32,000 nt of DNA from Candidatus Lokiarchaeum ossiferum (GCA_025839675.1 CP104013.1:2940001-2972000); one strand, 5' to 3'. Positions 1-9,550 are shown, counted from the first letter of the stretch. The notes: generated by a model from the letters alone, not told the origin. Made by a program: numbers and translations.

Positions 1-807
1 TTTGATTAAAGATTCAGATTTTTCTTTCTCGACTAAATCAGATTTATTTAATAGGATTAATATGGGGATGTGATTACTTTCAAAACTGGCTGGTGTAGGA
101 AAATATTGTTGGATAACTCTTTCAAATTCTTCTTTAAATTCAAAATCTCGCGTTTCTGACGATGAAACATCCACAACATATATGATTGCATCAGGTTTAT
201 GACAATCTTTAAACCAAGTCTGTCGAATTGCCTTTTGACCCCCCACATCATAAATTTGAAATTGAAAATGCTCAATGGCAGCCCGGAGAATTTGAGTACC
301 TAAAGTAGGGCGGATCTTTGGAGAGAAAGTCCCATATCTTAACAATTCAATTATTGAAGATTTTCCAACAGCTTCAATTCCTAAAAAGAGTAATTGGCCA
401 TAAGGGTGGTCTCCTTCAAATTCTTCAAATTTATTGATTGCTTGACGTAAGAATCGATCGATCTTAGATATCTTCATTTGAATGATTGGGGAGGTTTTAT
501 TCTTATGTGAAAATATCTCTAAAATGTGAGGAATGTTTTTTATTTGTTCAGAAAGATTCTGTAACTCCTTTCTCCAGTTAAAAATTGTATGCTCTTCGGT
601 CAATATTACTGAAATGAGGAGTAATTCATATCCAGTTCGAGCAATTCCAGAGGGAATACTAAATTTAAAATTAAGATATAATGCTTCTTCGTGCTTGACT
701 TCAAAAAAGGGAGCATCTAAATTCAAATCAAAAAGCTTAATTACAATATTTTTATCGGAATCATTAATATTTGAGGGAACAGCATTTAAAATCCACGGAC
801 CAGCCAT
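1..807 (-). CDS. Arf-family-like small GTPase with ~110-aa N-terminal extension (partial; C-terminus lies beyond the left window edge)
   Basis: Not in the ORF track because it runs off the edge. Hand translation of the minus strand (plus-strand triplets starting at 1,4,7...) shows no stop from 1 to 849; TGA complement is at 850-852. ATG at 807-805, with a second in-frame ATG at 477-475. The GTPase part reads LFLGIEAVGKSSII (P-loop, cf. Arf GLDAAGKTT), RPTLGT (switch I Thr), YDVGGQKAIRQTW (Arf-type DVGGQ G3), AIIYVVDVS and LLNKSDL (NKxD G4). Track ORFs 57..275(-) and 533..817(+) are off-frame/antisense to it. Confidence 0.8.
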   Translation of the reverse strand, partial: MAGPWILNAVPSNINDSDKNIVIKLFDLNLDAPFFEVKHEEALYLNFKFSIPSGIARTGYELLLISVILTEEHTIFNWRKELQNLSEQIKNIPHILEIFSHKNKTSPIIQMKISKIDRFLRQAINKFEEFEGDHPYGQLLFLGIEAVGKSSIIELLRYGTFSPKIRPTLGTQILRAAIEHFQFQIYDVGGQKAIRQTWFKDCHKPDAIIYVVDVSSSETRDFEFKEEFERVIQQYFPTPASFESNHIPILILLNKSDLVEKEKSESLIK

Positions 808-994
808 TCGATCATAGTAACTTACAAGTATTTTAACTGGCAAAGAAAATCATGAATACCATAGAATTACATCCAAAAAAGGTTTTTCACGCAAATAACG
901 AAGTTGTTTTTTCTAATCATTAACAAAATTGTTTTTTTGGGGGAAAATATCATTTGAGTATAATTTAATGAAGAAAAAAGGGAGAAAGTGAAAT

Positions 995-2686
995 TCACTC
1001 ATCAGTTATAAAGGATGTCAAGTTAATTTCAAATCCAGCTGTTGGATACTCTAATCCGAAATTTAAAATGACTTCAGGATGAATTTCACCGATATATCCA
1101 ATAATGTGATCTTTATAATGAATTTCGCCTGTTCGCCCGGGAATGAAAGTCGGATTTTCCGCTGGCACTATTTTTATGGCTTGTAATACCCCTAAAGTTC
1201 TTAAATAGTGATCTAAAACGGATTTGATTTCAGAATAATCACTTCCTTCAGAATGTAGGACGCAAGCAAGATGAGATTCCCGACGGGTTTGAGATTGCTC
1301 CTGTTTATCCAGTAGAATGACGTCTCCTACTTCAAATAGGCGGAAAGGTTTTTCCCCAGATCGGTTGAATTGTAAGTTTTTCATCAAACTCACCAGTAGA
1401 CTTCGCCGAACCGTGTTATATTCAAGGGAAACAGGATTTTCCAGAATAATTTCATCCGATTTTTTCATTGGTAAGCGGAGACTTAAATTATCATTTTTGG
1501 AAATTAGGATATTATTGGACATTTCGATACAACCCGTACCTACCATAATATCTCGTGTCTTCTGTTCATTTACCAATACAGGATGATACTTACCTAACCC
1601 TTCCATATTAATTGTCAGATCTAAATTTTGATACCCGTAGCCCATAGCAACTTCTTCGACGATATCCACTTCATGCATGATATCATCCCGATAGGCAGGA
1701 ATAGCGACATCAATCGTGTTGGAATCAACAATTTTGGCATCCAATCGCATTTTTTCTAAGCATTCCATCATTTCTTGGGGGGAGAGATGTAATCCAATAT
1801 AAGAATTAATGTAATCAACTCGAGCTTGCCAGTGTTTTGGAGTTAAATCAGGAGTATACATCGCATTATCGGGCTCATCCTCGTAAATCACTTTCACGGA
1901 CTCAACTTCACCTCCCATATCAGCAAAGGTTGAAGCTAAAATATTTAACGCTACATCCACAGCTTTTTTACTTGTTCCAGTAAGATCTAAGAGTAGATTT
2001 TTAGTTTTATCAGGTGTAACTGTGGTATATGTCCCATTTATCACAGGAGGAAAAGATACTACTTTTCCTTCAGCATCATAGATCATAGGATATTCATTAA
2101 AACCTTCTAATAAGTGGGCATACTGAATTCCCATCGGATGTTCCTCCAAAATTTCCTGAGGGGTTAATTCATAGGCTTCCAAGTGAAGAGCTTTAAATTT
2201 AACACCATCAGGCTTCACAGTGGTGTAAAGATAAGGCCCTTTGACAGTATCATAATCATGAATACCTATTGCAACCTTCTTCCGATCCCTTCCTACAGCC
2301 CAATGCAAGATTTCTTGCATTCGCATGAGAGTAATGACCTGGGTTTCATTAAGAGGTTCTGCAAAGCGAACTAATCCGGACACCACAAACGGACGAACTT
2401 TCCGTACTTTGGCATCTACCTTGAAATATTCCAACCCCTTCTTGACATGATATTCTTGTAACCCTTTTGCAAGACCATAATATCCCGCAAGAACGCGCGC
2501 GACCCCTTCAGGACTTGAAAAATCGGGACGATTGGGATTGAATTCTACCTTAATTATCCCTTCTTCAGGATCATAATCATCAATATCCAAGGATATCCAT
2601 TGTAAATCATATTGGAGTGTTTCATAAGTTAATTCCTTATCCAACAATTCTGATAGCTGGGAAATTTTTAATTCTATCGTAGGCAT
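995..2686 (-). CDS. pheT: Phenylalanine--tRNA ligase beta subunit (archaeal/eukaryotic type)
   Basis: Long ORF directly downstream of pheS. It has the FNPNRPDFSSPEGVARVLAGY motif typical of PheRS beta, and its length (~563 aa) is typical of archaeal beta subunits. I place the start at ATG 2686-2684: a GGGAGGTG Shine-Dalgarno lies ~11-17 nt upstream, and this ATG is 1 nt after the pheS stop (TAA complement 2688-2690). The track's extra 21 codons up to 2749 overlap pheS and look spurious. Confidence 0.9.
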   Translation of the reverse strand: MPTIELKISQLSELLDKELTYETLQYDLQWISLDIDDYDPEEGIIKVEFNPNRPDFSSPEGVARVLAGYYGLAKGLQEYHVKKGLEYFKVDAKVRKVRPFVVSGLVRFAEPLNETQVITLMRMQEILHWAVGRDRKKVAIGIHDYDTVKGPYLYTTVKPDGVKFKALHLEAYELTPQEILEEHPMGIQYAHLLEGFNEYPMIYDAEGKVVSFPPVINGTYTTVTPDKTKNLLLDLTGTSKKAVDVALNILASTFADMGGEVESVKVIYEDEPDNAMYTPDLTPKHWQARVDYINSYIGLHLSPQEMMECLEKMRLDAKIVDSNTIDVAIPAYRDDIMHEVDIVEEVAMGYGYQNLDLTINMEGLGKYHPVLVNEQKTRDIMVGTGCIEMSNNILISKNDNLSLRLPMKKSDEIILENPVSLEYNTVRRSLLVSLMKNLQFNRSGEKPFRLFEVGDVILLDKQEQSQTRRESHLACVLHSEGSDYSEIKSVLDHYLRTLGVLQAIKIVPAENPTFIPGRTGEIHYKDHIIGYIGEIHPEVILNFGLEYPTAGFEINLTSFITDE

Positions 2687-2687
2687 T

Positions 2688-4262
2688 TTAATAGGACACC
2701 TCCCGTAACCATGAGATATTACTTTGATACAAATCTCGAATATCTTCACGTTTAAGCTTTAACATAGCGAGTCGCTCTAATCCTAATCCCCATGCGAGAA
2801 CTCGAACAGGGTGCTTAATGCCCCATGCGTACGTAACTTCAGGTCGGAAAATACCCGATCCTCCCATTTCAAGCCATGCACCCAGTTCTTCACTGTATAC
2901 AGAAACTTCCATGGAAGGTTCAGTATATGGGAAAAATCCGGGGCGGGTGATCACTTTCTTGAATCCCATCCGGCGATAAAATTCAGTAATTTGACCAATT
3001 AGATCACTCAATGAGACATCTTCAGCAATCACGATGCCATCAATTTGCTGAAATTCAGCTAAGTGGGTGCGATCGACCTTTTCGTTCCGAAATACCCGAT
3101 CAATACAGAATACTTTGACAGGCAATTTTTGGTTTTCTAGCCCCACTTTTGCAAGATGACGAATAGTAGTTGCTGTAGTATGGGTGCGTAACAATAATTT
3201 TTTTGCTATATCTTCAGACCAATCATATCCCCACCCAGTAGATCCTGTATCACCTCCATTTTCATGGATATTTTTGATTTGGGACACATATTCCTTTTTA
3301 GGGAGGATTCCTTTGTTAGGTTTTTTAAGATAAAAGGTATCGTGCATTTCTCGAGCGGGATGGCCTTGGGGTTGATATAAACTATCAAAATTGTAAAAAG
3401 CTGTTTCGACAATTGGACCCCGAATTTCTTGAAATCCCATGGAAAAGAACACTTCACGAATTTGATTTTTCACAATCGTCATGGGATGCAACTTACCAAC
3501 TTGAAAGCGAGGTCCTTCAATCCCTACTTCATAATGTTTTAAATTCGCGAGTTTTTCTTTCCATTCACCAGATTTCAGCATATCGGAGGTGATCCTCAAT
3601 ACTTCTTCTTGTACTTCCTCGATCTCAGAAATTTTGATCTTCAGTCCTTTTTCGGTTAATTGAACAATTCTAACCGTTCCTTTTTCTCGACTAACCATTT
3701 TACGCTTGGTTAAGGTTTTGACTTCGTTTTGTAATTCTTTTGGTATGGAAGAGAGAGAAAGGGGTGAATCTTTAGTAAATAATTTTAAAAGATGTTCCAA
3801 AGAAGATTCTTCAGCAGCCTCACTGTAAATAAATATTTGATTTGTTCCAGCTGCATCTGAGGTCACTACCCATTTATTTTTTTTCATATTTGTGAGTGCA
3901 ATAAAGAAGATGTTTTTCTTAAACCCTAAAATCTTTGCAGCTTCAGCCGCTAACTCATCTAAATTCACTTCTTTTCGGCCATCTTTCACAAATAATTTGA
4001 ATAGTTGACGTTCGGGTAGTCCTTTTTCATAATACGAAAGTCCTTCTTTGTTTAATTTTAAGGATATAACTTCACTTTCGGAGAATGTTGCTAACCCATT
4101 TTGCTCTAAAGTATATACGGCGCCCGACATGAGTTTCTCATATCCTAAGTTAAGGTGCTTGCTCAAATCCCATGCTTCCATTGGTTTATTGAGCTTTTGC
4201 AACTCCTTAAGCACGTCCATATATTCCGTTTTTAACGCGATTTTCTGACTGGTGGGTGTCAT
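2688..4262 (-). CDS. pheS: Phenylalanine--tRNA ligase alpha subunit (archaeal/eukaryotic type with long N-terminal helical/winged-helix-like region)
   Basis: Class II aaRS signatures: GHPAREMHDTFYL, LLRTHTTATTIRHL, FCIDRVFRNE (motif 2), GLGLERLAML (motif 3). 524 aa, adjacent to pheT. Confidence 0.92.
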   Translation of the reverse strand: MTPTSQKIALKTEYMDVLKELQKLNKPMEAWDLSKHLNLGYEKLMSGAVYTLEQNGLATFSESEVISLKLNKEGLSYYEKGLPERQLFKLFVKDGRKEVNLDELAAEAAKILGFKKNIFFIALTNMKKNKWVVTSDAAGTNQIFIYSEAAEESSLEHLLKLFTKDSPLSLSSIPKELQNEVKTLTKRKMVSREKGTVRIVQLTEKGLKIKISEIEEVQEEVLRITSDMLKSGEWKEKLANLKHYEVGIEGPRFQVGKLHPMTIVKNQIREVFFSMGFQEIRGPIVETAFYNFDSLYQPQGHPAREMHDTFYLKKPNKGILPKKEYVSQIKNIHENGGDTGSTGWGYDWSEDIAKKLLLRTHTTATTIRHLAKVGLENQKLPVKVFCIDRVFRNEKVDRTHLAEFQQIDGIVIAEDVSLSDLIGQITEFYRRMGFKKVITRPGFFPYTEPSMEVSVYSEELGAWLEMGGSGIFRPEVTYAWGIKHPVRVLAWGLGLERLAMLKLKREDIRDLYQSNISWLREVSY

Positions 4263-4599
4263 GTTATTTCTCCACTACCTTAGTATTTTTTTCTTGATTA
4301 ATCAAATTTATTGAAAATATGGAAATCCACCATCATTACTGGTAGGAATGAGTTATGAGAATAGACACTGATTTCAATTATAAATGAAGATTGCAATTCA
4401 TGAAATCCAAAAGATAAGTGCCATTTTTCTTACTATCTATTTGGGGATCCTAGTGAAAGGATACCAAGATTTATACTGAATTAAATAATTTGAAAGTTTT
4501 TCATGGTTAGAGAAGGAGTTTTAAATCAATTTGGAAAAAATTGAAAAAAATCTTTTTTTTATGCACTTTTCTTTAAATCTCTTTTTGAGGTAAATCAGT

Positions 4600-5037
4600 T
4601 CAAAGAACCACATTAGAATTCTCTCCATACTCAATTTTGCTGAGAATTTCCTTGTCTTCAATTTTTTCCACCCATTGAGCTTTCTGCACCTTTGCTTTCT
4701 GAGATTCAATTGGGGGTCGATAAAAGAACATATAATACCCGATGAATATAAAGACTAATCCACCAATAGATAGGAAAATTCCTCCCATTTCAATAAATGA
4801 AATCCCTAGAAAAAAGAAAACTAATGATACAAGTATAAAAATTATCCCAAATATTTTCCATACTAAAGGGCGTGGGGCAATGAACGAATCATAGAAACAA
4901 GGTGCACATAACATTTCTGAATACCTTGTGGAAATTTCTTTCTTTCTTTTACATTCCACACATACTAAAGAATGGCAATTCTCACATGTTTCAACCGCTA
5001 TCCTGTCGGGGTGAAATTTACATTTTGGATCTGACAT
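4600..5037 (-). CDS. B-box-type zinc-finger membrane protein (2 predicted TM helices)
   Basis: N-terminus CKFHPDRIAVETCENCHSLVCVECKRK...CAPCF fits a C-x2-H-x8-C-x2-C-x4-C-x2-C B-box-like pattern. It is followed by two hydrophobic stretches (WKIFGIIFILVSLVFFFLGISFI, GIFLSIGGLVFIFIGYYMFFY). Confidence 0.6.
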   Translation of the reverse strand: MSDPKCKFHPDRIAVETCENCHSLVCVECKRKKEISTRYSEMLCAPCFYDSFIAPRPLVWKIFGIIFILVSLVFFFLGISFIEMGGIFLSIGGLVFIFIGYYMFFYRPPIESQKAKVQKAQWVEKIEDKEILSKIEYGENSNVVL

Positions 5038-5163
5038 GAATATAATCCCTAGTCTTCTTAAAATTTATAAATTCATTGGTAACACCTTTTTTTCGACTTG
5101 CATTGCTTTCACTTATCATCCAATTGGATTATTTTGGGTATTACTTAGAATTATTTTTACGAT

Positions 5164-5541
5164 TCAACTCTTTTGAGGATATCGATCACATTGCTCAAAA
5201 AACGTAATATCCGCATATCCAGCATATATTCTACCGGAATGAATAACATCCTTAGGAATATAATATCTATCCCCCTTGATAAAAGTATATTTCTTTTCTC
5301 CAATTGTGAGTTCAATGGTTCCTTCCAGAACAAAACCAACTTGAGCAGCATGGGAATGGGCAGGTAAATCTACATCCTTGCTAAACTCCATAAAAATAAT
5401 TTGATGTGTGGACGATTGAGACAAATACGCAGATATTCCACTTATTGGGATGTCTGCCTTGGGAAGATTCAAAATTGGTTCTGGAAAAATACCAAGAGGA
5501 AGTACGTTTCTCTCATCAGCGGTTTGTAATTCATTATCCAT
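5164..5541 (-). CDS. Cupin-domain protein
   Basis: 125 aa with cupin motifs: PAHSHAAQVGFVLEGTIELTIGEKKY (G-x5-H-x-H...E...G-like) and GDRYYIPKDVIHSG (P-x-G-x2-H-like). Confidence 0.7.
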   Translation of the reverse strand: MDNELQTADERNVLPLGIFPEPILNLPKADIPISGISAYLSQSSTHQIIFMEFSKDVDLPAHSHAAQVGFVLEGTIELTIGEKKYTFIKGDRYYIPKDVIHSGRIYAGYADITFFEQCDRYPQKS

Positions 5542-5687
5542 ATTTGATAACTTTTTTTGTAGTTAATCAAATTTGTTAAAATAGAAAACATCCCCAGTTC
5601 CAACGCAAATGGATTCCTTTTTAATTTTTCTATTGATAATTTTTGGCTTAAACATCCTTTATAATCTTTGAAAGATAGCGAGGCTTA

Positions 5688-6554
5688 GTGTTCAAGAAAA
5701 TGGCATCAGAATTAAATAAAAAAAATAAAAAAAAAATGAGCCCAATTTCGTTGTTCTTCCTGCTCAGTTATACTCTCTTTTGGGGATATTTAGTTGTTGC
5801 ATTTGCAATTATTACGATCCTTTCTTTAGATCCGGCGAATCTTCCGGTTTTTGCCGCAGAAATGTTAGGCATTGTCGGATCATATGCTCCAAGCGTCGCG
5901 GCTATCATAGTATTGCTTCAATATAATGATAAACAGGCAATAAAAGCGCTATTGAAACAATATATAAACTTCAAGGCTTCGTGGAAGTTATACTTACTGG
6001 GATTATTACCAATAGTTGTGGCATTCATCAGTGCATTAATTGGGAGAATTTTCATTTCTAATCCACCTGAAATCGTAATGTTATCCTCATTTGCTCCCGC
6101 CATCTTTGTTACTCTGTTGCTCGATGTTGCTAAGGGTCCTATTGGTGAGCAAGCAGGTTGGCGTGGCTTCGGATATGCAAAATTAATGGAAAAGCAAAGT
6201 TTCTTGAAAACTGGTTTGATAATTGGTTTTTTCTGGGCTTTTTGGCACGCACCTCTATGGTTGATGAATGCCTGGTCCATCGGAGAGGTTCTTGGTTTTA
6301 TCCTTACCGCGGTTGCTACAACACTCTTCATGAATTGGATGCGGTTTAAAAACCAAAAATCGTTGATACCTGTGGTGCTGTTTCATTTATCCATGAATTT
6401 TGGCTTGCAATTGGTGACCGATATTGGGTTCAACTTGATTTCTTTGCGTGTTTTGCTTCCGATATACGGAGTAGTGTTTGTTATTTTGGCAACATTATTC
6501 TACGCATCAAATAAATCTCAGCTAATTAACTCTTCTCATTCAAAAATTGAGTAA
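5688..6554 (+). CDS. CPBP family intramembrane glutamic endopeptidase (CAAX protease/Abi-like)
   Basis: Polytopic membrane protein carrying the three CPBP motifs: GEQAGWRGFGY (EExxxR-like), FWAFWHAP (FxxxH) and FHLSMNF (HxxxN). The track start is GTG 5688, with GAGG ~5 nt upstream. The first ATG is at 5700. Confidence 0.75.
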   Translation: MFKKMASELNKKNKKKMSPISLFFLLSYTLFWGYLVVAFAIITILSLDPANLPVFAAEMLGIVGSYAPSVAAIIVLLQYNDKQAIKALLKQYINFKASWKLYLLGLLPIVVAFISALIGRIFISNPPEIVMLSSFAPAIFVTLLLDVAKGPIGEQAGWRGFGYAKLMEKQSFLKTGLIIGFFWAFWHAPLWLMNAWSIGEVLGFILTAVATTLFMNWMRFKNQKSLIPVVLFHLSMNFGLQLVTDIGFNLISLRVLLPIYGVVFVILATLFYASNKSQLINSSHSKIE

Positions 6555-6684
6555 TTCAATCTTTTTTTCTTCTTGTATCCTTTTCACTTAATAACTCCAG
6601 AGCAGAAGAACTCAAGGAATGCGATATAAATTAAAAAGCAAAAGGGTTTTCTTGAAGAAAATTGCTTCTGTTATGGAAAAGAAA

Positions 6685-6772
6685 TGGTGTAGGAGGGGGG
6701 ATTCGAACCCTCGATGAGCTACCTCACTAGCGCCTCAGGCTAGCGCCGTGGACCATGCTTGGCTACCCCTAC
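6685..6772 (-). tRNA. tRNA-Leu (anticodon GAG), class II with long variable arm, genomically encoded CCA
   Basis: Hand-folded reverse complement: acceptor GTAGGGG/CTCCTAC (one G-U), D arm GCC...GGC, anticodon stem CTAGC/GCTAG with loop CTGAGGC (U33, GAG, G37). Variable arm TGAGGTAGCTCATC, T arm GAGGG-TTCGAAT-CCCCC, discriminator A, CCA. Confidence 0.9.
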
Positions 6773-7600
6773 AGAAAAGATAGTATTACTATTAAAAATA
6801 TAGCATAATAAAAAAAACTTTTGATACTAGTAATTCCCATTAAATTTCGAAGGTGCATAGATTTCGTGGGTTGAAGAATTGGACTCATAATCAGAGTATT
6901 TGGACTAAGCATGAAGGTTCATTGTAAAAATTGGAAACAAAGAAAAAAAAACTCAACTCGTCTTGTTTGAAAAAAATGTATTTCTAATTGATCTAATCAT
7001 AGCAGCGATCAAGTCGAACAGGATGATTTTGGGGGACATAACCATAGGAACTATTATAAAATGTTTTTAACCCAGCTTGTAATTCATTAACACAGTTTGT
7101 GTGGTCTTCATTTGAGAATGTTTTTCGTTTAAAGAATTTCATAATTAGACATAGCTAACAAATAGATATTAAACTTATTCTTATAAAAAAAAAAGATACT
7201 ACTAGAACGCAATTATGGAAACCAACCAAAAAAGGATAGAGTAAAAATTACACTTATAAATTTAATGTGGAAAATTCAAATTTCGATTTGTGTATCTTCA
7301 AAATTTTCATAAATTTTCAGTGGAATTCATTACATGCTAGAAAATCTTGTCAAATTGTCGTAATTGTCACAATATCAAATATTTCAAAAGATTTACACCT
7401 AATAGAATGATTTAACTTGATTTCGTGATTAAAAAGTAGGGTTTTTAACCTTAAAACCATATTTAAAGGATAAATGAACCACATATTTTTGGAATAGTTC
7501 ATAACTTTTAACTATCGTGAAGTAGCATCTTTATTTTGAGATAAATTAGAAGTCTACCCAAGCTGCACCACATTATACTCGAAAATCAATTAATTAAAAA

Positions 7601-9550
7601 TTAGATATTTCGTTCTTTTTTCTCTAATTTTTCTGTCGTTGTGGTTTTTTTAACCCCAGATAATTTTTGGATCTCAATTTCTTGGAGAAGCAATGCCAAA
7701 CTGTAGATGATGTAGATAATCCCGATGATGATCATTAATCCAACAACAAGGTTTTGCAATAATTCCGCAGAATCGTCAGGGAAGTATTGGGACCCAACAT
7801 ATAATAGATCAAAGCCAATAAATAGTGAGAATAAAAGAAATATCAATCCAAGTGATAAAACAATACCGAATAAACCATATTTGAGTTTTCGTGATAATAA
7901 TTCACCGCGTTCGGAATGACGAGTAATTCCACCAACAATAACAGTCCCCCCTTCTTGTTTTAGAATTTTCAAAATCCAACTGCGAATTGGGACAACATCA
8001 AAAATAAGGGAGAAAATAGCAATGATGGCCAAGATATTAAAAATATTGGATATTTCTAATCCGGTTTCGGCTCCTAATCGAATATCGATTTTTAATAATT
8101 TTAAAACTAAAACAAAAAGCAAGCTAATTCCCATTTTGCTGCCATAAAGCATAAGTAGTAATCGATCTCGGCGAGCTATTTGGAATAAATAATAGATTCC
8201 TCCCACAACAATTGTTATAACCCCAAATATTATTCCCAAAGTACTTTGTACTGTTGAAAACATTGAAAAAATCAAAATAAGACTGGTGATAATGCTCAAA
8301 ATGGGAATAAAGGGATAGAGAGGAACTTTCCAAGGGCGAATTAAATTCGGGCGGGATTTACGCAATATAATTACTGCGAGGGAAAGAAAAATCATTGAAA
8401 ACAAAAAGATGAAGTTACTCGCTTCTGTTATCAAACTAATATCCATACTCAGGGTAAAAACAAACATCAAAACCCCGGAAATAGTCATGGCAACCCATTG
8501 AACACCATTTTTTTTTTTTTGTACAATGTTGTGAATGAAACCATCCCGAGACATGGAATGTAGGATGTGGGTGGACATTTGAATACCTGCATTTATGGAG
8601 GTAATAGTTGCTACCATTCCAATAAATCCCATAAAATAGATACCGAAATCATTGTTCAGTATTCTGCCAAACATATCAGCTAAAGGAACTTTGGATTCAG
8701 ATTGAATAACGGCATTCCAAGATGGTGAATTTACTTCACCTAAATTGAGAAGAGTGACTAATCCTACCATCCAATAAATAAAAATGGCAATTAGAATCGA
8801 AAAAATGAAGGTCCGAGGAATATTTTTCCGAGGTTTTTTAATCTGATCGAAAGCATTGGTTAAGGATTCAAATGTACTGTTCCACTCATAAACACAATAT
8901 ATGACGAAAGTGTAGCCCGTCATAGATAAAACTTCTCCAAAAGTAAATGGTTCGGATAAAATCTTACCAGAAAAATCTGTATGTTCTATTTGACTTCCCA
9001 CAATTAATCCAATGACAATATAGATAAGAAATCCTCCTAAGATGATCCAAGTTGCAATTTTCATGGCTTTATTTAAGGGAATAGGTTTTTTCAAGTTTAG
9101 AATGAGGAAAACAATGATGATTGATGCACCAATAATATTGATCAGATTCGGATTAATTATGCGGTTAGGGAGAAAAACTTCTAAGGATAATGCAAATCCA
9201 AGACCAGATAGGGCAGCAAATAATAAGTTTCCGATCCAAATTAGCCACCCGATGAGATATCCTTGCCCCCCCCCGATAGCTTCTTTGGAAAAACTATAAC
9301 TTCCACCTTCAATGGGAAGGGAAAGAGCTAATTCAGAGTAAATGAGAACGAAGCCCAACATTAATAAGCCATTTAAAATGAGGGAAATAAGCATTCCACC
9401 CTTCGCGGTCATAATAACCGTTCCTATAATTGCAAATATAGGCCCCCCGATGGTCCCTCCTAAACCTTTACTTAGAAGCTGGCGTAACCCAATTGATTTT
9501 TTTGGTTCCTCAAATTCTTCATCGTCGGTTTGATCGATTTCGCTTCCCAT
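7601..9550 (-). CDS. APC-superfamily amino acid/polyamine permease with extra C-terminal TM region
   Basis: 649 aa and highly hydrophobic. TM1 GGTIGGPIFAIIG and SELALSLPIEGGSYSF are typical APC signatures. An additional ~170-aa hydrophobic C-terminal extension follows. Confidence 0.85.
   Translation of the reverse strand: MGSEIDQTDDEEFEEPKKSIGLRQLLSKGLGGTIGGPIFAIIGTVIMTAKGGMLISLILNGLLMLGFVLIYSELALSLPIEGGSYSFSKEAIGGGQGYLIGWLIWIGNLLFAALSGLGFALSLEVFLPNRIINPNLINIIGASIIIVFLILNLKKPIPLNKAMKIATWIILGGFLIYIVIGLIVGSQIEHTDFSGKILSEPFTFGEVLSMTGYTFVIYCVYEWNSTFESLTNAFDQIKKPRKNIPRTFIFSILIAIFIYWMVGLVTLLNLGEVNSPSWNAVIQSESKVPLADMFGRILNNDFGIYFMGFIGMVATITSINAGIQMSTHILHSMSRDGFIHNIVQKKKNGVQWVAMTISGVLMFVFTLSMDISLITEASNFIFLFSMIFLSLAVIILRKSRPNLIRPWKVPLYPFIPILSIITSLILIFSMFSTVQSTLGIIFGVITIVVGGIYYLFQIARRDRLLLMLYGSKMGISLLFVLVLKLLKIDIRLGAETGLEISNIFNILAIIAIFSLIFDVVPIRSWILKILKQEGGTVIVGGITRHSERGELLSRKLKYGLFGIVLSLGLIFLLFSLFIGFDLLYVGSQYFPDDSAELLQNLVVGLMIIIGIIYIIYSLALLLQEIEIQKLSGVKKTTTTEKLEKKERNI

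Noticed and set aside
533-817. 94-aa plus-strand ORF, and also the 72-aa minus-strand ORF at 57..275
   Set aside because: Both overlap the much longer minus-strand frame that encodes a clean Arf-like G domain. The 533..817 ORF is antisense, and 57..275 is the wrong frame of the same strand. Neither shows recognisable motifs.
2687-2749. 21-codon N-terminal extension of pheT (MKIFEICIKVISHGYGRCPIK) in the ORF track
   Set aside because: It overlaps the 3' end of pheS. The internal ATG at 2686 has a strong GGGAGGTG Shine-Dalgarno and begins with the conserved MPTIELK-type N-terminus.
5918-6331. 137-aa minus-strand ORF inside the CPBP protease gene. Similar antisense or off-frame ORFs were seen at 1317..1586, 3206..3457, 11323..11526, 25587..26497 and 28368..28712
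   Set aside because: All lie within longer ORFs that carry clear family motifs, and none has recognisable motifs of its own.
6685-7600. Integrated-element remnant next to tRNA-Leu
   Set aside because: There is no integrase or transposase ORF, and I found no direct repeat of the tRNA 3' half in the window. The only evidence is the long non-coding gap.
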